Shown here one piece after another: positions 8,900-16,976 of a DNA stretch of 64,000 nucleotides; positions within the stretch are counted from its first letter, which is position 1, and every line of letters starts with the position of its first letter. A program made the position numbers and the translations under genes. Origin of the DNA: an uncultured Gemmatimonadales bacterium. GTDB lineage: Bacteria > Gemmatimonadota > Gemmatimonadetes > Gemmatimonadales > GWC2-71-9. Location: positions 4,184 through 68,183 of the forward strand of contig CAWHQC010000009.1 in the NCBI GenBank assembly GCA_963831425.1. Direction: 5' to 3'. Below the pieces are notes generated by a model. It had not been told where the DNA came from, searched no databases, and saw only the letters and a program-made list of their open reading frames with translations.

Positions 8900-11814
8900 C
8901 AGTAGTTATAGCCGAAGAAGAAGCTGACGAACCCGGGGTCCTTCTGCGGGGCGGTCAGGCTGTAGCCCTGGAACCGATCGTTGCTGAACCGGCGGCCGAC
9001 ATCGAGCCGAAGTACCGTAAGGGGGCCGAGCGCCATGCGGAAGCTAACGCCGTAGCTGCCGAGGAGCGCGCGGTCGGTCGAGGTCGAGAAGCTGGCCTTG
9101 CCCACGTCCGTGAAGAGGCCGGCCTGAATTTCGGGGAGATCCAGGTCGCCGAAGGGCGTGCCCAGGGTGAGGTGGGTGAGCAGCGGCACGCGGAGCTCCT
9201 GATTGAACATGAACGCCTCGGAGCCGACGATGTAGCCGAACTGCGGGTAACCGCGGAGCGCGAGCGTGCCGCCGAGATTCACCCGGCGCGGTCGATCGCC
9301 GGCGCTGTAGAAGCCAAAGGCCCGCAAGGCCCACGCGCTCCGCTGGCCAAGTCGGAAGTAGCGGCGCCAGTCGCCCGAGAGCAGGTAATCGTCGAAGCGC
9401 CCGTTGGAGAAATCGCTGGAGATCCCGGCGGTGAGCGCGAGCCGACCGCCGTCGATGGGCCCGCTCGGGATCCAGAGCGCATTGTCGCGAACGTAGCTGA
9501 GGTAATTCGATGCGATCCAGCCGACGCGGCGGGGCTCGTCGACCGGCAGCGTGAAGTCCACGCGGTCTGAATGCTCGAGCACGACGGTGCCCTCGATCCG
9601 CGTGAACCGCGTCAGCGGGTAGCGGAGCAGGCCCAGTACGCCGTAGGCCGTCTCGTTGTAGGCGATGACCTGGTCACCTTCGAAGTTGCGGCTCTTGGTG
9701 CGGTACGCCCCGAAGCCCCAATTGACCCGGCGGGACTGGTTCAGGTACACCGCGCTGCCGCTCAGGTTGGTGAGGATGCTGCCGAGCTGGCGGCCCTGAT
9801 AGGAGGAGAGCGAACCGTACAGCACGTTGTCGCCCAGCAGATCGCTTGCGACGAAGTAGACGCCCTGGGCGCCGCCGTAGCCCGGAATGATCACCGCGTC
9901 GCCCGCGGCGAAGTCGAGGGTGAGCCGCCGGTGGTACGGCTCGCCGTGGGCGATGGTGCCCGACGCCGAGTCGCCGGGGACGGCCCAGTTCCACCGTGCC
10001 GCCGGCTCCGGCGCCGTGGCCACGAAGCGGTCGGCGCGCGCCGCGGAATCCACCGGAATCCGGTAGAGGTTCCAGCTCAGGTCGTGAAAGCCGCCCACCA
10101 CCAGGCCACCGTCCGCCAACGGCGCCGCGTCGAACGCGCCGGTCCAGGCGGAGGTCTCCCGGCGGCCCGCGCCCGCCGAGTCCACGGAGAAGACGTTCAG
10201 TACCCCATCGCGATCGGAGGTAAAGTAGACCCGGCCATCCGCGGCCCAGAGCGGCGATTCGTCCACCCACTGGCCGGCGGTGAGCTGGGAGGTGCGGCCG
10301 GTCGCGAGGTCGAGCATGAACAGGTTCACCGCGCCCTCCGGCCCCCCGGAAGCGCGGTCGGAGGCAAAGACCAGCCGCCGCCCGTCGGCGCTGGGGCTCG
10401 GATCGAGGTCCTGGTAGCGATCGGCGGTGAGCGGCTCGAGTTTCCCGCCGGGGAGCCGGATGCGATAGAGATCGGACACCCCGCTCTCCGACAGCCCGCT
10501 CACCACAATGCTCTGCCCGTCGGGCATCCAGTGGGGCGAGAGGAGCGAGACCAGCTCGGGAAACTGGTAGCGCCCCGCCACCCGTCCCCGGTGGAGATCC
10601 CAGACGATGAGCGCGTCCCGGTCACCGTAGCGTGCGGTGAACAGCAGCAGCCCCGGACGGGACGCGTCCATCCGCGATTCGAAGGCGTGGAACGATTCCA
10701 GCTCGGCCGAGCGGCCACCAGTGACGATCGAGCGCGCCTTGCCACCCTCCAGCGGCTTCCGGTAGATCGAGACGTACCCGCCCGCCGGCGAGAGATAGAC
10801 CACCTGACCCCGGCTCTCGCCGTCCGTGGTGTCGGGCAGCACGGCGGCCTTCACGCCGGGCCGCGCGAGCTCGGTGCCGAGCACGTTGAGGGGCGCCAGG
10901 CTGTCTACCGAGGGGTAGAACCGGCGGCGCATGGCGAGCTGGAACTCGTCGCTCAACTGGCCGAGCGTGCGGCCGTAGACGGCCTCGACAGCCGACTCGA
11001 AGCTCTCGTGCCGGTTGAGCTCCTTGTACATAAGGGCGACTCGCCAGTCGCCGTAGGTGTCGGCGAGCCAGCGGTGGATCTGGCCGCCGAGCGGGTAGAC
11101 GATGCCACCGGTGACGTAGGTGAGCTGCTTGAGCTGCGGCAGCCGGCCGGTCAGGGTCAGGTCCCGCATCACCATTTCGTCCCGCGCGTCCTGGCCCGCC
11201 GACCAGAGCTCGGCGAGCCCCTCGGTCCACCACAGCGGAAAGGCGAACCGGCGGGAGCGTGGGGCCAGGTTGTAGCTCTCGGTCATCATGTCGAGCTGGA
11301 ACACGTGCACCATCTCGTGGCGCATCGTGTGCCGGAACTCGGAGAAGTTGCCGCGGAACGGCAGCGCGACGCGGCGCTTCTGGTAATCGGTGGCGCCGAG
11401 CAGCCCCTCGGGCGGGGTGAACGGGAGGATGTTGGTCTGCTCGAAGTCGGTGTGCGAGGCGTACACGATGAGCGGGACTCGGCTGGCCACCGCGTGGCCG
11501 AACTGGACGCTCAGGGTATCGTAGCTCGCTTCGGCGTAAGCGAGCGCGGGCGGGGCGAGGGCGGCCTCTGCCGGGTAGTAGTAGAGATCGACGTGCGGTC
11601 CCTTGAGCACGCGCCAGTCGAGCTTCCGGTACTGGATCTTGTTCTGGCCGAACGCGAAGAACTGCGCGTGCGCCGGGCGAGCGATGAGGCCGGCGAGGAG
11701 CGTGGCCAGCACGAAGGCCGCGGCGCGTGCGCTCCGTCTGGAGGGTTGGGTGAAGCCGCCGTTCACCGTGCGCGGCTCGCGGTCGGAGTCGGGGCGCTGC
11801 CCGGGCTGTCTCAT
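8899..11814 (-). CDS. Large envelope protein: gluzincin-like metallopeptidase domain + PD40/TolB-like beta-propeller + C-terminal beta-barrel-like domain
   Basis: 971-aa ORF with a signal-like AAAFVLATLLAGLIARPAHA. HEMVH is followed about 30 aa later by WWTEGLAE. PD40-like repeats are present (SPSADGRRLVFASDR, SPLWAADGRVYFTSDRDG). The last ~300 aa are Gly/aromatic strand-like and end FFFGYNY. Confidence 0.75.
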   Translation of the reverse strand: MRQPGQRPDSDREPRTVNGGFTQPSRRSARAAAFVLATLLAGLIARPAHAQFFAFGQNKIQYRKLDWRVLKGPHVDLYYYPAEAALAPPALAYAEASYDTLSVQFGHAVASRVPLIVYASHTDFEQTNILPFTPPEGLLGATDYQKRRVALPFRGNFSEFRHTMRHEMVHVFQLDMMTESYNLAPRSRRFAFPLWWTEGLAELWSAGQDARDEMVMRDLTLTGRLPQLKQLTYVTGGIVYPLGGQIHRWLADTYGDWRVALMYKELNRHESFESAVEAVYGRTLGQLSDEFQLAMRRRFYPSVDSLAPLNVLGTELARPGVKAAVLPDTTDGESRGQVVYLSPAGGYVSIYRKPLEGGKARSIVTGGRSAELESFHAFESRMDASRPGLLLFTARYGDRDALIVWDLHRGRVAGRYQFPELVSLLSPHWMPDGQSIVVSGLSESGVSDLYRIRLPGGKLEPLTADRYQDLDPSPSADGRRLVFASDRASGGPEGAVNLFMLDLATGRTSQLTAGQWVDESPLWAADGRVYFTSDRDGVLNVFSVDSAGAGRRETSAWTGAFDAAPLADGGLVVGGFHDLSWNLYRIPVDSAARADRFVATAPEPAARWNWAVPGDSASGTIAHGEPYHRRLTLDFAAGDAVIIPGYGGAQGVYFVASDLLGDNVLYGSLSSYQGRQLGSILTNLSGSAVYLNQSRRVNWGFGAYRTKSRNFEGDQVIAYNETAYGVLGLLRYPLTRFTRIEGTVVLEHSDRVDFTLPVDEPRRVGWIASNYLSYVRDNALWIPSGPIDGGRLALTAGISSDFSNGRFDDYLLSGDWRRYFRLGQRSAWALRAFGFYSAGDRPRRVNLGGTLALRGYPQFGYIVGSEAFMFNQELRVPLLTHLTLGTPFGDLDLPEIQAGLFTDVGKASFSTSTDRALLGSYGVSFRMALGPLTVLRLDVGRRFSNDRFQGYSLTAPQKDPGFVSFFFGYNY

Positions 11815-11838
11815 TCGAATCCTCTCCGGCGTCCGGCC

Positions 11839-13872
11839 CTATTTCCGGGCGATGGTCCGGATCACGTCACCCTGGGTGATCCGCACCAGGGCGCCGGTGC
11901 CGCCGACGACTTTGCCGAACACGGTGTAGGTCCCATCGAGGTGCGGCTGCGGGCTCAGATTGATGAACCACTGACTCATACCGGTATCGGGACCGGACAG
12001 CGCCATGCCGAGCATCGGATCGTCGTAGCGGTTGAGGTTGATCTCGTCCCGGATGGCGCCGCCGGGGCCGCCGAAGCCGTCGCCCCGGGGATCGCCATCC
12101 TGCACGACGAAGTTGGGCACCACGCGGTGCCAGCGGTTCCCGTCGAAGAAGCGGCGCTCTACCAACCGCAGAAAATTGTCCACCGTAAGCGGGGCGTCGG
12201 GTCCGAGGAGCTCGATCTCCAACTGTCCGCGGCCCTCCGTATCGATGATGACGTGCGGCCGGGCGACCGAGTCCGGCGCGGTGAGGTAGCGGCGCACGAT
12301 GTCGCGATAGTCCTCGAGTGAGCGGCCGGTGGCCACCGGGTATGCGGGACCCCACCGCGCGGCGGCTTCGGGCCAGTGGTCTTCCGCCCAGCGGCGAATG
12401 AGGTAGTCGGCGGGACGGGCGGCGCGGGCGAGGAACTCTGCGTCCACCCGGGCTCTGGCCGCCGGCCCGGACCCGCGGATGGCGAGAATGCCGCCGAGGG
12501 CGGAGAGCGCGGCATCGGGAAAGGAATCCCGGCTGGTGCCGGCGTACATGCGCGCGAGCGCCGGAAGATCGGCAACATCCGCGGCGCGGGCCACGACATC
12601 GGCGGCCACGCTGCGGACGCCGGCGTCCCGGTGCGCCAGCAGCGGCCGAGCGGCCGCCAGCAGCGCCGGATTGGCGCCTTTCACCTCCGCGGCCCACGCC
12701 TGGAGACCAGCCGCGACGACTCGGCCGTCGTGGTCGGCCAGGAAAATGGGTGAGGTGCCCGGGCCGGCGATCGCGGCGCCCTCCGCCGCAGCGGCGCGCT
12801 GGCGCCAATCGGAGCTTCCCCGCCAGGCCGGGGCCGCGCGGCCAAACGCGGCCGAGTCCGCTCGCGCGAGGCCCACGAGCGCCGTGCGCCGGAGCGCGAA
12901 CGTGCCCTTCCCCGCCACGGCGCGCAGCAGCGCCCCCACGGCCTCGTGACCGCCCAGTTCGCCCAGGGTCTCCGCCGCCTGCACCTGGACGTTGGCTACG
13001 GGGTCGTCGAGCAGTGCCGTGACCTTGCCGGCGAGCGCCGAGTCCCGGTATTCCGCGAGCGACCGCAGCGCATTGATCCGGACCTGGGATGCCTCGTCGT
13101 CCACCGCGTGCACGAGCAGCGCGGCCACGGTCCCCGGCGCGACACCGCCGGCCTCCGCATAGCTCCGCGTGAGGGCGCGGGCGGCGAGGGAGCGGAGATA
13201 GGGCGAGTCGTCACGGAGGACGAGGAGCATCCGGTTCGCCGCGGGCGGCGCCCGGAGGCGACCCAGGGAATAGACCGCTCGCTGCCGCACCGCGGGGCTG
13301 GTGTCCTCCATGAACGGGAGCAGGGCGGTCACCGGCGCATCGGTGCCGAGCCGCCAGGCGTCTCCCACCATCCTCGCCATCGCCGGCGCGGGGTCGTCCT
13401 GTGACAGCACACGGGTGCCGCCGAGCACGGCCGAGAAGAACTCGCCCGTGCGCGGGCCGCCGATGGCAGCGAGCGCGGTGACGGCTTCGGCCGCGCTGAC
13501 GGGATCGAGCGCCGGCAGGCCGGTGAGCCGGTCGATCAGTGGTGCCACGGCGGCCGAGTCGCGGAGCAGGCCGAGCGCGAAGGCCGCGGCCACCCGCACC
13601 GCGGTGTCCGGATCCATGAGGAGCGGAAGCAGGAGCGGCGTCGCGCGGGGATCGCCGATCCGGCCGGCCCCGAAGGCAGCGTCCCGGCGCACCAGCGAGT
13701 CCGGTGCGAGCAGCGCGGCGCGGAAGAGCTCCGGGCGGAAATCGCGGGCGTCCTCGGCCGCGAGCACCTGGGCGAGCTGCTCGACGGCCGCCTGCTCCTG
13801 GGCGCCGGCCGGCACGCCGGCCAGCCCGTGGAGCAGCAGGACTCCAAGCACTATCAGTCCTCTAGCTTGCAT
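11839..13872 (-). CDS. HEAT-repeat protein fused to a cyclophilin-type peptidyl-prolyl isomerase
   Basis: Trimmed to the ATG at 13870-13872, giving signal peptide MQARGLIVLGVLLLHGLAGVPAGAQ. Repeated ...D.D..VR..AA.ALG... HEAT-like units are followed by the C-terminal cyclophilin core FDGNRWHRVVPNFVVQDGDPRGDGFGGPG...MSQWFINL...YTVFGKV. Confidence 0.8.
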   Translation of the reverse strand: MQARGLIVLGVLLLHGLAGVPAGAQEQAAVEQLAQVLAAEDARDFRPELFRAALLAPDSLVRRDAAFGAGRIGDPRATPLLLPLLMDPDTAVRVAAAFALGLLRDSAAVAPLIDRLTGLPALDPVSAAEAVTALAAIGGPRTGEFFSAVLGGTRVLSQDDPAPAMARMVGDAWRLGTDAPVTALLPFMEDTSPAVRQRAVYSLGRLRAPPAANRMLLVLRDDSPYLRSLAARALTRSYAEAGGVAPGTVAALLVHAVDDEASQVRINALRSLAEYRDSALAGKVTALLDDPVANVQVQAAETLGELGGHEAVGALLRAVAGKGTFALRRTALVGLARADSAAFGRAAPAWRGSSDWRQRAAAAEGAAIAGPGTSPIFLADHDGRVVAAGLQAWAAEVKGANPALLAAARPLLAHRDAGVRSVAADVVARAADVADLPALARMYAGTSRDSFPDAALSALGGILAIRGSGPAARARVDAEFLARAARPADYLIRRWAEDHWPEAAARWGPAYPVATGRSLEDYRDIVRRYLTAPDSVARPHVIIDTEGRGQLEIELLGPDAPLTVDNFLRLVERRFFDGNRWHRVVPNFVVQDGDPRGDGFGGPGGAIRDEINLNRYDDPMLGMALSGPDTGMSQWFINLSPQPHLDGTYTVFGKVVGGTGALVRITQGDVIRTIARK

Positions 13873-14332
13873 CGCGCTCCATCCTCGGTGCGTCGGCGGG
13901 AACTCCGAGCCTGACGGGATCGGGGACGACCCGCAGCACGCGGCGCACGTCCGCCGGCAGACGGGTGAGCGCCAACGAGGCGTCGAGTGCCATGAGCGCC
14001 ACGACGCCGGTGGCCAGGAGGCCCTGGTCGTCCGCGTGCTCCAAGGCGTAGCCGAAATCGACGCGCCGCGATGCCAGGGCGCGCACCCAGCAGCGGATCC
14101 GGACCCGATCATCGAATCGTGCGGGCCGCAGGTAGCGCAGGGCGACGCGGCTCACCGCCAAACGCAGCCCGCGCGCCTCCAGCTCGCGGTAGCTCGCGCC
14201 GCACAGGCGCAGATGTTCCGTCCGGGCGATGTCCATCCAGACGAGATAGCGCGCGTGGTAGGCCACGCCCATCTGGTCGGTCTCGGAGTAGTTGACCCGA
14301 ATGAGGGTCTCGGAGACGCTCGGGACCGTCAT
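13862..14332 (-). CDS. Acyl-CoA thioesterase, YbgC/4HBT family
   Basis: Hotdog-fold pattern VNYSETDQMGVAYHARYLVWMDIARTEHL. Start chosen at MTVPSV (14332). Confidence 0.75.
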   Translation of the reverse strand: MTVPSVSETLIRVNYSETDQMGVAYHARYLVWMDIARTEHLRLCGASYRELEARGLRLAVSRVALRYLRPARFDDRVRIRCWVRALASRRVDFGYALEHADDQGLLATGVVALMALDASLALTRLPADVRRVLRVVPDPVRLGVPADAPRMERDAS

Positions 14333-14373
14333 GACGCCCTCACGGGGTTGGTGACGCTCGGGCGGGCGGCGGA

Positions 14374-15189
14374 GTGACACGGCGGTTGCCCCGCCGTGGG
14401 GAGCGGCCCATCTTTGGCCGCGTGCTCGGCCATGCGCTCGTCGTCGTGTCCGACGCCCACCTGGGCGTCGCCCCTCCGGCCGTCGAGGAGGCGCTGCTGT
14501 CGTTCCTCGAGGCCGTGCCGACCCTCGGCGACTGCCTGCTGGTCAACGGCGACCTGTTCGACTTCTGGTTCTCCTACCGCCGGGTCATTCCCCGGCGCGG
14601 CTTCCACGTGGTCGCGGCGCTGGCCCGGCTTCGCCGACGGATGCCGGTCGTCATGGTCGGCGGCAACCACGACCGCTGGGGCGGTGACTTCTGGGAGCGC
14701 GACCTCGGGCTCCGCTTCGACCCGCATCGGGTGACGTTCGAGGTCGGGTGCCGGAAGGTAGCCGCGATCCACGGCGACGGCGTGACCGAGCCGGGGCTCC
14801 GCGCGGCCCTGCTGCACGGGGCGATCAACCACCCTGTCACCGCGCTCGTCTATCGCGCTATCCACCCCGAAATCGGCCTGCGGCTGGTGGACTACCTGAG
14901 CCCGCGGCTGGGCGACCACACGCCCGATCCGGCGGAGCTGGCCGCTGCGGCCGAGCGCCAGGCCCAGTGGGCGGCGCGGCTGCTCGAGGCCGAGCCGGAC
15001 CTCGGGCTGGTCATCATGAGCCACACGCACCAGGCGGCGCTGGCCGGGCCGGAGTCGGGCCGGCAGTATCTCAATCCGGGCGCGTGGTTCGACGGGCTCC
15101 GCTACGCCGTAGCCACCGAGAGCAGCGCCGAGCTGCGCCGGTTCAGTCCAGCGGCACCACTTCCGCCGGGCCCATCCGACTCCCGATGA
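14374..15189 (+). CDS. lpxH: UDP-2,3-diacylglucosamine hydrolase-like metallophosphoesterase (LpxH family)
   Basis: 271-aa ORF with VVSDAHLG, NGDLFDFWF, GGNHD and SHTH metallophosphoesterase motifs. Confidence 0.7.
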   Translation: MTRRLPRRGERPIFGRVLGHALVVVSDAHLGVAPPAVEEALLSFLEAVPTLGDCLLVNGDLFDFWFSYRRVIPRRGFHVVAALARLRRRMPVVMVGGNHDRWGGDFWERDLGLRFDPHRVTFEVGCRKVAAIHGDGVTEPGLRAALLHGAINHPVTALVYRAIHPEIGLRLVDYLSPRLGDHTPDPAELAAAAERQAQWAARLLEAEPDLGLVIMSHTHQAALAGPESGRQYLNPGAWFDGLRYAVATESSAELRRFSPAAPLPPGPSDSR

Positions 15190-15943
15190 ACCGGATGCCC
15201 ACCTTGCGGAAGCGTGCCTCGTCGTCGCTCACCGCGAAGCGGTGGGTGGCCGCGCTGCCGGCCGGCGCGTCAAGGGCGGTCCGCCCGAGCACCTGCGCCA
15301 CGACGGCCGCGGTCTCCTCGCCGCTGTCGATGAGGCGAACGCCCGTGCCCATGACCCGCTGAAGCAGGGGCTTGAGCAGCGGGTAGTGAGTGCAGCCGAG
15401 CACCAGGGTGTCCACACCGGTCCGTTGCAGGGGCTCGAGGTAGTCGCGCGCGATGAGCTCGGCGGCCGGATGCTCGAACCAGCCTTCCTCCACCAACGGC
15501 ACGAACAACGGGCAGGGCACCTGCTCGACCCGTGCGTCCGGCCGCCGCCGCTGGATGGCGCGGGCGTAGGCGTTGCTCGCGATGGTGCCGGCGGTTCCGA
15601 TCACGCCGATCGGACCCGCCCCCGACGCGGCGGCCGCGGCGCGCGCGCCCGGCTCGATCACCCCGATGACTGGCACCGGCGATGCGGCCTGCAGCGTCTC
15701 CAGCGCGTGCGCCGTGCTGGTATTGCACGCGATCACCACAGCCTTCACCCCCTGCCCCAGGAGCCACTCGAGGATCTCGAGACTGTAGCGCCGCACCGTC
15801 TCGGGCGACTTGGGCCCATAGGGGACGCGCGCCGTATCGCCGAAATAGACGGTGGACTCGTGCGGCAGCCGCTCGTAAACTGCCCGCGCCACCGTGAGCC
15901 CGCCGATGCCGGAGTCGAAGATGCCGATCGGGGAGGAGTTCAT
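15143..15943 (-). CDS. murI: Glutamate racemase
   Basis: Trimmed to MNSSPIGIFDSGIGGLTV. Contains the VIACNTSTA and LGCTHYPLL catalytic Cys motifs. Confidence 0.9.
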   Translation of the reverse strand: MNSSPIGIFDSGIGGLTVARAVYERLPHESTVYFGDTARVPYGPKSPETVRRYSLEILEWLLGQGVKAVVIACNTSTAHALETLQAASPVPVIGVIEPGARAAAAASGAGPIGVIGTAGTIASNAYARAIQRRRPDARVEQVPCPLFVPLVEEGWFEHPAAELIARDYLEPLQRTGVDTLVLGCTHYPLLKPLLQRVMGTGVRLIDSGEETAAVVAQVLGRTALDAPAGSAATHRFAVSDDEARFRKVGIRFIGSRMGPAEVVPLD

Positions 15944-16452
15944 CGCAACCGGAACGGGACGGAAATGGTGCCGCCGAAACCGCCGGGGAACGCCTGGAGG
16001 TGGAGGTCCCCGGGGAAGTCGCTGAGGTGGCCGGAGACGTAAGCCTCGAGCCCGGCGAACACGTGATTGAAGGCGAGCAACACCAGCCAATCCTCGTGCT
16101 CGCGCCGCTTGTCCTCCGCGCGCGCCGAGTTGGTGCGTCGGAGGTAGGCGAGCTCGTGCCGGGTCTTGATGCTCATGCCGAGCGTGGTGCCTTCCCAGGC
16201 GACGAACAGTCCCCCGGTGAGCTTCCGCCCCAGCCGGGCCTGCCCCCAGCCGGGCAGCAGGAACGACCGCCAGAACGCGCCCATCGGGCTGGTCCGCACG
16301 GCGAGGGTGTCGAGCGCGCGCGGGCGCGCGGAATCAGCCCGCACCGCCGCCGCCGCCGAGTCCTGTGCCGCCAGCCGGCCCACGGGCGCCGCAGCGGCGA
16401 GCGTCCCGAGCAGCGCGAGACCGGCGGCCGACCGGCGGAGGCGACAAGTCAC
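15940..16452 (-). CDS. Hypothetical secreted/membrane protein
   Basis: The ORF-track start (16566) overlaps selC, so I trimmed to the GTG at 16452. This gives signal-like RRSAAGLALLGTLAAAAPVGRLAAQ. Contains LLPGWGQARLG. No family assigned. Confidence 0.5.
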   Translation of the reverse strand: MTCRLRRSAAGLALLGTLAAAAPVGRLAAQDSAAAAVRADSARPRALDTLAVRTSPMGAFWRSFLLPGWGQARLGRKLTGGLFVAWEGTTLGMSIKTRHELAYLRRTNSARAEDKRREHEDWLVLLAFNHVFAGLEAYVSGHLSDFPGDLHLQAFPGGFGGTISVPFRLR

Positions 16453-16486
16453 GTGAGGGCGGTCCCGGAGCGAGAAGGCGCGGCGG

Positions 16487-16584
16487 TGGCGGGAGCGTGT
16501 GGGAATCGAACCCACCGGAGCCGCCGGAGGCGTCTCCATCGCGGTTTTGAAGACCGGCCAGACCACCAGGCCCGATCCGCTCCC
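16487..16584 (-). tRNA. selC: tRNA-Sec (selenocysteine tRNA, anticodon UCA)
   Basis: 98 nt: GGGAGCGG-AT-CGGGCC-TGGT-GGTCTG-...CTTCAAA...-long extra arm-GTGGG-TTCGATT-CCCAC-ACGCTCCC-G-CCA. Features are 8-nt acceptor arms, a 6-bp D stem with a 4-nt loop, a 5-bp T stem, discriminator G and an encoded CCA. In my hand fold the anticodon stem has one bulged C. Confidence 0.75.
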
Positions 16585-16589
16585 CTGGT

Positions 16590-16976
16590 TCAGGAAGGTA
16601 ACACCGCCACCGCGTCGATCTCGACGCGTGCGCCGCGAGGAAGCGCCGCCACGGCCACCGTCGTCCGCGCCGGCCGGTGCTCGCCGAAGGCGCGGGCGTA
16701 GACGCCGTTCATCTCGGCGAAGTCCGCCATGTCCACCAGGAAGACGGACGTCTTGACGACGCTCGTGAGGTCGAGCCCCTCGGCCTGGAGAATGGCGAGA
16801 ATGTTCCGCAGCACCCGATCGGTCTGCTCGACGATGCCGCCGTCCACCAGCTCACCCGTGGCGGGCTCGAAGCCGGTCTGGCCCGCGGTGAACAGCAGTC
16901 CGTTGACGCGGGTGGCCTGGCTGTAGGGGCCGATCGCGCGCGGCGCGTGCGGTGTCGAGACGAACTCGATGGCCAT
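16590..16976 (-). CDS. ridA: RidA/YjgF family reactive-intermediate deaminase
   Basis: Only the last 128 aa of the 371-aa ORF are credible ([21 protein letters not shown]...RVEIDAVAVL). ATGA overlap with the fhs stop at 16976. Confidence 0.88.
   Translation of the reverse strand: MAIEFVSTPHAPRAIGPYSQATRVNGLLFTAGQTGFEPATGELVDGGIVEQTDRVLRNILAILQAEGLDLTSVVKTSVFLVDMADFAEMNGVYARAFGEHRPARTTVAVAALPRGARVEIDAVAVLPS

Noticed and set aside
9571-12321. Very long plus-strand ORF (916 aa), with similar ones at 232-1770, 16952-18880, 25123-27651, 29277-31340, 33821-35440 and 37361-39469.
   Set aside because: All are antisense to genes with clear conserved motifs. Their translations are Arg/Gly/Ala/Pro/His-rich without any motif. 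Stop-poor antisense frames are expected at this GC content.
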